Below are positions 57,485-64,000 of a DNA stretch of 64,000 bases, in pieces. Position 1 is the first letter of the stretch, and the number at the start of each line of letters is the position of its first letter. The position numbers and the translations under genes were made by a program. This DNA is from Gemmatimonadota bacterium (GTDB lineage Bacteria > Gemmatimonadota > Gemmatimonadetes > Palauibacterales > Palauibacteraceae), in contig OY762926.1 in assembly GCA_963666735.1 (NCBI GenBank), forward strand, positions 2,848,001 to 2,912,000, given 5' to 3'. The notes below the pieces were generated by a model, which saw only the letters and a list, made by a program, of their open reading frames with translations, ran no database searches and was not told the DNA's origin.

Positions 57485-58117
57485 ATGAAGCGAAGCAGCG
57501 CGTGGTATCTCGCCGTTTTTCTGGTCCTGGGATGTGGCGGAGGATCCGAGGCCGGCTCCGATGCGGAGATGGCCGAGACGGCAGAGATGGCGGAGACGGC
57601 CGAAGCGATGACCGAAGCCATGGGCGAAATGGCGGATGCGGCGCTGGCCTGCGTCGTCATGGGCGATGTGGAGGGCAGGCAGAGTCCACTCGAGGAATTG
57701 AGCTTTTCGTACGACGGGGGTGAGGGTCTCCTCTGCTACGGCGCGCCCTCGGCCCGCGAGCGCGTCGTCATGGGGGGCCTGGTGCCCTACGGCGAGGTCT
57801 GGCGCCTGGGGGCGAACGAGGCGACGGCGCTCCACCTGTCCGCCGCCGCCACGGTAGGCGGAGTCGCGCTCGGGCCCGGGAGCTACTCGCTGTACGCCAC
57901 GCCCGGCGAGACGGAATGGGAGTTCCACCTGAACTCGGAGTACGACCGCTGGGGGATCCCGATCGATGCCGTGGTCCAGAGCACCGAGGTGGGCAGCTTC
58001 ATGGCGACGCCCTCGGAGACCGCCGAAATGGTGGAGACGATGACCTTCGAGCAGGTGGACGGCGCGCTCCGCTTCTCCTGGGAGAGCACGCAGGTCGACA
58101 TCCCGCTCGGCATGTAG
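57485..58117 (+). CDS. DUF2911 domain lipoprotein
   Basis: RQSP, YGAPSARER.VMGGLVPYGEVWRLGANEAT, GSYSLY. Confidence 0.88.
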   Translation: MKRSSAWYLAVFLVLGCGGGSEAGSDAEMAETAEMAETAEAMTEAMGEMADAALACVVMGDVEGRQSPLEELSFSYDGGEGLLCYGAPSARERVVMGGLVPYGEVWRLGANEATALHLSAAATVGGVALGPGSYSLYATPGETEWEFHLNSEYDRWGIPIDAVVQSTEVGSFMATPSETAEMVETMTFEQVDGALRFSWESTQVDIPLGM

Positions 58118-58173
58118 CCCGACGCATTTGGCCCGGCGGATGTAGCTGACGAGCCTTGCGAGGGGCGGGGGCG

Positions 58174-58773
58174 TCAGCTGTGCCGGTGGCGCCAGAGGCG
58201 GGTCTCGAGGTGTCGCTTGATCCCCGGCCACTCGTGGAGGAGGACGGAGTACATCGCGTCGTCGCGCACGCTCCCGTCGCGCCGTGGCGAGTGGTTGCGG
58301 AGGACGCCGTCCTTCTTCGCGCCGAGCGCCTCGATGGCCCGCTGCGAGCGCAGGTTGAGGCCGTCCGTGCGGAGCCCGACGACTCCGCACCCCACGGTCT
58401 CGAAGGCGTGCGTCATGAGGAGCAGCTTGCACGCGGTGTTGACGTGTGTGCGCTGGTGGCTCGCGCCGTACCAGGTGTAGCCGATCTCGACCCGGTCCAC
58501 GTGCGGCAGGATGTCGTGGTAGCGGGTGGACCCGATGATCGCGTCCGTCTCCAGGAGCCGGACGACCCACGGCAGCATGTGGCCGGCGGTCCGGCCCTCG
58601 AGCGCCGTCTCGATGTAGGCCGTCACTTCGTCCGGGGCCGGGACGAAGGTGAAGAAGAGGTTCCACAGCTCCCCGTCCGCGGCGGCCTCGGCGAGCGCGT
58701 CGGCGTGTTCGAAGCCCATGGGTTCGAGACGGACGCCGTGGCCCTCGAGCGTCACGGTCTGAAGTTCGATCAT
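58174..58773 (-). CDS. GNAT (RimJ/RimL-type) N-acetyltransferase
   Basis: VEIGYTWY, VNTACKLLLMTHAFE, NLRSQRAIEALGA. Confidence 0.92.
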   Translation of the reverse strand: MIELQTVTLEGHGVRLEPMGFEHADALAEAAADGELWNLFFTFVPAPDEVTAYIETALEGRTAGHMLPWVVRLLETDAIIGSTRYHDILPHVDRVEIGYTWYGASHQRTHVNTACKLLLMTHAFETVGCGVVGLRTDGLNLRSQRAIEALGAKKDGVLRNHSPRRDGSVRDDAMYSVLLHEWPGIKRHLETRLWRHRHS

Positions 58774-58801
58774 CGAGACGCCCCGGGGTCCGGGCGGGCG
58801 G

Positions 58802-60091
58802 TCACTCGGTTCCCGCTCCGAGCATTCGGGCGCTGATCCCTTCCCGGTCCACCATGGTCCCCCGCAGGTAGACGGCGTCGATCCGTCGGGTGTTCGCGAT
58901 GTCCTCGAGCGGGTTCGCGTCCAGCACGATGAAGTCGGCGCTCTTGCCGGCGGCAATCTCACCGAGTTCGTCCCAGCTCATCAGCTCGGCGGAGGTCTTC
59001 GTCGCTGCGACGATGACATCTCCCGGCGTCATCCCCGAGCGCACCATGTCCTCCATTTCCTGATGCGGAGCCCAGGCCGCGTTCCCGTCCGTGCCGAAGG
59101 AGATCTTCACTCCGGCCTCGGCGAAGCGGGCGAGGTTGCGCGCCTGGATGCCGAACGACTCCTGCGCGGCCGGGTTGTCGACGGACGCCGCCTGCATCTC
59201 CGCGAGCTGGTCGGCGGGCACGGTGCCGCTCAGCCAACTCAGATCGAGCGCCACCCCCGGTCCGGGGAGGTTGGGGACGAGGACGACCTCCGGGCGCTCG
59301 GCCCAGAGTTCCATGAGTTCGTCGTCCGCGTCGAGATCCCGCACGCCGTGCGCGAACACGTCCACGCCCGCGCGCAGCAGCCCCTTGGCGTCTTCCAGGT
59401 AGAAGACGTGCGCCGTCACCATGAGGCCGTGCCGATGCGCTTCATCGATGATCGCGCCGTACAGTTCGGGCGAGAGCCTGTCGTACTGCCCTCCACGGTC
59501 GTCCACCCAGATCTTGACGATGTCGGCCTGCCGCTCGGCCAGTTCCCGGACTGCGGCCCGGGCCTCTTCCTCCGTCTCGACCCAGTAGGGCGCTTCGGAG
59601 CGGCCGGGCTCCGGCATCGTGATCCCGCGGTCGGCCGTCTTCGCGCGGGCCGCGTCCGGGATGACTTCGCCGCGCATCTCGATCCCGGTGCCGCCGGTCT
59701 CGGTGCCGAGGCTCACGACGGCCCCCGCCCCGTAGTACGCCATATGCTGGAGCTGGGCGATCCGCTCATCGCGCTCGGAGGAGAGGTGGATGTGCGCGTT
59801 GACGATCGCCGGCATGACCGTCTTGCCGGAGAGGTCCACCCGCTCCGCGCCGTCCGGGACCTCGACCTCCCCGCTCGCCCCGACGCCGGCGAACTGTCCG
59901 TCCTGGACAAGGAAGACGGCGGACGGGATTACGGACCCGTCGCCCGTGAGGACCGTGGCGCCCTCGAACGCCGTCACGCCGGCCCCGGCGCCGCCTCCAT
60001 CGGTCGCGCAGCCGGCCACCAGCGCGGCAGCGGTCGCGAGGACGGCGGGACGAACGGCAGAGATTGCTGTGGCCGTGTGGGCGTGAATCAT
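58802..60091 (-). CDS. Amidohydrolase family lipoprotein
   Basis: LVAGC, NAHIH, VKIWVDDR, FGTD, GKSADFIVLDANPL. Confidence 0.9.
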   Translation of the reverse strand: MIHAHTATAISAVRPAVLATAAALVAGCATDGGGAGAGVTAFEGATVLTGDGSVIPSAVFLVQDGQFAGVGASGEVEVPDGAERVDLSGKTVMPAIVNAHIHLSSERDERIAQLQHMAYYGAGAVVSLGTETGGTGIEMRGEVIPDAARAKTADRGITMPEPGRSEAPYWVETEEEARAAVRELAERQADIVKIWVDDRGGQYDRLSPELYGAIIDEAHRHGLMVTAHVFYLEDAKGLLRAGVDVFAHGVRDLDADDELMELWAERPEVVLVPNLPGPGVALDLSWLSGTVPADQLAEMQAASVDNPAAQESFGIQARNLARFAEAGVKISFGTDGNAAWAPHQEMEDMVRSGMTPGDVIVAATKTSAELMSWDELGEIAAGKSADFIVLDANPLEDIANTRRIDAVYLRGTMVDREGISARMLGAGTE

Positions 60092-60183
60092 GTCTACCTC
60101 CTGTCGGGCTCCTGTCAGGTTCACGCGGAACGCATAAGTATAGAGGCCGAATGACTCCCCTGACACGGACGAACGATCCTCCG

Positions 60184-61470
60184 ATGAGCCATCCCCGCGC
60201 CTCCCGCTTCCCCGTCGTATCGCTCTCGACCACCGCTCCGACTGTTGCCCCGGCCGTCGCCCTGGCCGCCGCCCTGACCATCGCCGCATGCGCTCCCGGC
60301 GGCGGAGATCCGGCGGGCGACGACGACGGCATCGTCTTGACCGCGCTCCACGACTTCCGGGTCGAGGAAGTGGCCGGCGGCCTCGTGCGCCCGTTCTCGA
60401 TGGCCTTCACGCCCGAGGGAGACCTCCTCGTGACGGAACGTCCCGGCCGGCTCCGCATCATCCGCGACGGCGTCCTGCTCCCGGAGTCCGTGGAGGGCCT
60501 GCCGCCGATCCGGGCGCTCGGGCGCGGTGCCCGTTCCATGGCCGGCTTCGAGCAGGCCGGGCTGCGCGACGCGATCCTGCACCCGGATTTCGCGACGAAC
60601 CGGCTGCTCTATCTCAGCTACGTGAAGCCGGGTCCCGATTCGCTGGGCACGATCGCGATCGCCCGCGGCCGGTTCGAGAACGACCGGCTGAGCGACGTCG
60701 AGGAACTGTTCCACGCGGACGCGCCCGGCAACGGGACGGAGCGCAGTTCGATGTGGGGCGGACGCCTCGTCTTCGGCCACGACGGCTACCTGTTCATGAC
60801 GCTGGGCGACCGGCAGTGGCCCTCCGCCGGCGACCTGGAGGCGCACCCCGCCCAGGACCTGTCCCGTCACAACGGCAGCACGATCCGCATCCACGACGAT
60901 GGACGCGTCCCCGAGGACAACCCGTTCGTGGGCCGCGACGGGATCCACCCCGAGATCTGGACGTGGGGCCACCGGAACGCGCAGGGGATGGCGGTGCATC
61001 CCGAGACGGGGGAGCTGTGGCAGAACGAGCACGGCCCGCAGGGCGGGGATGAACTGAACCTGATCGAGCCGGGGCTCAACTACGGCTGGCCCGTCGTCGG
61101 CTACGGCGTGAACTACCGAACGGGCTCGCGGATCCACTCCGGGACGCTCATGGAGGAGATGGAGCCGCCGGAGCACATCTGGGTCCCGTCGATCGGCGTC
61201 TCCGGGATGCTCTTCTACACGGGCGACGCCTTCCCCGAGTGGCGCGGCGACATGCTCGTCGGCGGTCTCAGCGGTCGGCGCCTCGCGCGCCTGCGCCTGG
61301 AAGGCCGGCGGGTGGTCCACGAGGAGACGCTGCTGCAGGGGATCGGCCGCATCCGGGACGTGCGCCAGGGACCCGACGGGTTCATCTATCTCGCCATCGA
61401 CGGCGAGACGCGGGACGTGGACGGCCCCGCGACCGGGCTCGTGAGACTGGTGCCCGCCGGCCGGAGGTAG
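60184..61470 (+). CDS. PQQ-dependent sugar dehydrogenase (YliI/sGDH-like)
   Basis: VTERPGRLR, GHRNAQG, EHGPQGGDELN, NYGWP, RIRDVRQGPDG. Confidence 0.93.
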   Translation: MSHPRASRFPVVSLSTTAPTVAPAVALAAALTIAACAPGGGDPAGDDDGIVLTALHDFRVEEVAGGLVRPFSMAFTPEGDLLVTERPGRLRIIRDGVLLPESVEGLPPIRALGRGARSMAGFEQAGLRDAILHPDFATNRLLYLSYVKPGPDSLGTIAIARGRFENDRLSDVEELFHADAPGNGTERSSMWGGRLVFGHDGYLFMTLGDRQWPSAGDLEAHPAQDLSRHNGSTIRIHDDGRVPEDNPFVGRDGIHPEIWTWGHRNAQGMAVHPETGELWQNEHGPQGGDELNLIEPGLNYGWPVVGYGVNYRTGSRIHSGTLMEEMEPPEHIWVPSIGVSGMLFYTGDAFPEWRGDMLVGGLSGRRLARLRLEGRRVVHEETLLQGIGRIRDVRQGPDGFIYLAIDGETRDVDGPATGLVRLVPAGRR

Positions 61471-61539
61471 CCCAAGCGGAGATTCGGCGCCTTTCGCCCG
61501 TAGGGGGCTCGACGACGCGGTAGGGTCTCGGTCCCGGCG

Positions 61540-63031
61540 AGTGTTTTCCAATACGGAGATGAGCCTGAACGGGGAGTCGTGAGCCGGGGCCGCGGGGCCG
61601 TTGGGGTTCGACTCTCTTCCGGATAATCCTCGGTGGAGGGAGGGTCGCGCAACGGGGGCCGGGGGGAGCGGACACGGGGGACTCAGGCGACCGATACGGC
61701 GGGGTCGAGAGAGCGGAACAGGTCGCGGCGGGCCTGGCGGACGGTCCTGGCGGCCTGGAGGCCGGGGGTGGCCGAGGCGACGCGGTCGAGCGCCTCGAAG
61801 GTGACGCCCTCGCGGAGGAAGCTCTCCGCGTCGTCGAGAGACTTGAGCTTCTCGTAGGGGTGGCGACATCCCGTTGGCGGTAGCGCTTCTTGATGCGGCC
61901 GCGGGGGCCCTCGACCTCGGAGGGGAAGAGGCAGGGCCGGTGGAAGTTGAGGAAGGGGCAGAGGTGGTCGCGGAGGAAGTCGTTGACGGCGGGGGCGCAC
62001 CCGGCGGGGATGTGTGCGCGTCCGAGCCACTTGCGAACGATGGCTCCGTTCTTGGACTCGACGAGCGCGTTGTCGTTGGAGTGACGCGGGCGGGACTTGG
62101 TGAACTGGCCGATGTGCAGCTTGTTGAGCATGCCGGCGACGTGGTGGTTGACGTACTCCGAGCCGTTGTCGGCGTGGAAGGCCCGGACTTGGAAGGGGAA
62201 GGCGGTGAGGAGGTCTTCGAGGACGGGGAGCATGAAGATCTCGGTGATGCGGGAGACGGAGCCGATGTGCTCGAACCGGGTAACCTGGTCGACGACGTTG
62301 AGCGCGTAGAGGCCCTTTACGCCGTTGAGGTCCCCCTGGTGGACGGTGTCGACGCGGACGAAGCCGGGGCGGCCGTCGGGATCGGGCTTGCGGCGGACGC
62401 CGATGGAGACTTGGACGGGGCGGGTCTTGTCGAGGGAGAGGGCTCCCAGGCGGTAGTCCCGCCGCTTGCGGAGGTTGTGGATGTGGCCGTTGGAGATGTG
62501 TGCGAGGCGTTCGAAGCGCCCGTCGCCGCGGACCTCGTACTGGCGGCGGAGGACCTCCTTGGTGGCGGGTCCGGAGAGGCGGCCGTAGGCGGCGTCGACC
62601 TCGGCCGGGAGGGCGGCGTCGCCGGGCGTGTAGCGCCGCTGGAAGGCGTTGGCCGGGGGCTTCCCGCGCCGGTCGCGGATGTGGCCGGTCCTCTTGTGCT
62701 GAGCGATCAGCCGGGTGATCTGCGCTCTCGAGAGGCCGGTCACCTTGGCCAGATAGGCCTTGACGAGACCCTTGTCTCGCTTGCCGAGGCGGTGGTAGCG
62801 GAGCCTCTCCAGCGAGCGCCGGACGAGGAGGTAGGCCGAGTCCCGGTCGTTGAGGGTGAAATCCACCGGCTCGCTGCCCTCGAGGAAGGCGCGAACCTCA
62901 TCGAGCGTCCGAATCCGTTCGGTGCGAAGCGTCACGATCATGCCTCCATGATCTCATCGCCCCGCACCTCAGGCTCACATGCCGGTGGAAACCCGTCCCT
63001 CGTTCAGGCTCACGTCCCGTTGGACAAGACT
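61540..63031 (-). mobile_element. ISNCY-like insertion sequence (integrase-core transposase)
   Basis: Imperfect about 31-bp TIRs (AGT.TT.TCCAA...TGAGCCTGAACG); CGGCG duplicated at 61535-61539 and 63032-63036. Confidence 0.82.
61683..62941 (-). pseudogene. Integrase-core DDE transposase with a frameshift near 61857
   Basis: VDTVHQGD, FHADNGSEY, SRPRHSNDNALVESKN; C-terminal PYEKLKSL continues in another frame. Confidence 0.82.
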
Positions 63032-63112
63032 CGGCGTGGCCCGGCGAGATGACGTTTCCTAAGTTGAAAGGTTGCGAGGCAGCGTCATCCGTCGTTCCAG
63101 AAGGACGGGCGC

Positions 63113-64000
63113 GTGAAGACATTGAGTGTGGGTGCGGTTCTGTGGTTGTGGTTCGCCCTCATGGGGCAGCCCTCGAGGGATCGTGCGTCCGGCACGGCGC
63201 CCGCTGCGCCCCTTTCCGATCACGACTTGACCGCCCTCGTCGACACGACGGATCTGACCGCTGTCGTCCAGCGCTACTGCGCCCGCTGTCACAACGAGCG
63301 TCTGCTGCGCGGGAACCTCATCCTGGAGACGTTCGACGTGGAGGCGGCGCACGAGCGGGCCCCCACGGCGGAGAAGATGATCCGGAAGCTCCGCGCGGGG
63401 ATGATGCCGCCGCCCGGTCAGCGCCGGCCTTCGGCGGACACGCTCCTGGCCCTCGTCGCGACGCTCGAGACCGTGGTCGACCGCGAGGCCGCCCGTGACC
63501 GCAACCCCGGCTCGCGGCGCTTCCAGCGGCTGAACCGGGCCGAGTACGAGCGCGTGATCCGGGATCTCCTGGGTCTCGAGATCGACGCCAGCCGCTGGCT
63601 CCCGGCGGACACCTACCTCGGCGCCTTCGACAACATGTCCGACGCACAGGGCCTCTCGACCACCCTCCTCGAGGCGTACCTGAGGGCCGCCACGGAGGTG
63701 AGCCGGATTGCCGTCGGCAACCCGGCCGCCCCCTCGAAGACGGCCAAGTACACGAACCCGATCGACGTGTCGCAGCACGCCTGGGATCACATCGAGGGCG
63801 CGCCGTACGGGACGCGCGGCGGGATGGTCGTGACCCACGACTTCCCGGCGGATGGGGAGTACGTGGTCTCGATCGAGACGCTCTTCGGGCAGGGGACCGG
63901 TTTCCAGGACATCGACATCTCGATTGACGGGGAAGGGGTCGCACTCCTCGGCCTCGAGCACGGCGGGCGCTCGACGGCGCCGATCCGGACGGAACCCATC
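63113..64000 (+). CDS. Second DUF1592/DUF1587-type cytochrome c protein (3' partial; missing from ORF track)
   Basis: GTG 63113, signal peptide, CARCH, KLRAGMMPP, RLNRAEY; paralog of 23228-25732. Confidence 0.88.
   Translation, partial: MKTLSVGAVLWLWFALMGQPSRDRASGTAPAAPLSDHDLTALVDTTDLTAVVQRYCARCHNERLLRGNLILETFDVEAAHERAPTAEKMIRKLRAGMMPPPGQRRPSADTLLALVATLETVVDREAARDRNPGSRRFQRLNRAEYERVIRDLLGLEIDASRWLPADTYLGAFDNMSDAQGLSTTLLEAYLRAATEVSRIAVGNPAAPSKTAKYTNPIDVSQHAWDHIEGAPYGTRGGMVVTHDFPADGEYVVSIETLFGQGTGFQDIDISIDGEGVALLGLEHGGRSTAPIRTEPI

Noticed and set aside
57560..57640. GAGATGGCCGAGACGGC-type tandem repeats
   Set aside because: In-frame low-complexity linker (AEMAET) of the DUF2911 lipoprotein.

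Overview
GC-rich bacterial window (roughly 70% GC by eye). The gene content (many secreted peptidases and amidohydrolases, DUF1592/DUF1552/ankyrin module, choice-of-anchor-B protein, expanded 6-bladed beta-propeller lipoproteins) suggests a Gemmatimonadota-like organism; this is inference only. Housekeeping and catabolic genes are interleaved with heavily decayed accessory DNA: a collapsed helicase(DUF3883)-MNT-HEPN-DUF1156 defence locus, an intact IS1182 with TIRs and a CTAG duplication, a frameshifted ISNCY-like element, two further IS remnants, TA genes and many gene fragments. Most notable: (1) a cas-less CRISPR-like array (4 x 32-nt palindromic repeat, 34-40-nt unique spacers, two of which read as fragments of host-type secreted-protein motifs) overlapping the end of an HTH regulator at 51.7-52.0 kb; (2) a downstream lower-GC cassette with two secreted 6-Cys micro-proteins sharing C-x6-C-x3-C-x4-CC plus beta-propeller proteins, echoed by a peptide/PDZ/propeller operon at 39.8-41.8 kb; (3) a compact non-canonical tRNA-like/mini-tmRNA-like RNA with alanine identity (G3:U70, A73) at 36.2 kb; (4) a probable oxalyl-CoA synthetase/reductase pair; (5) cargo genes bracketed by degenerate duplications of neighbouring host genes. 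All family assignments come from motif recognition, not database searches.
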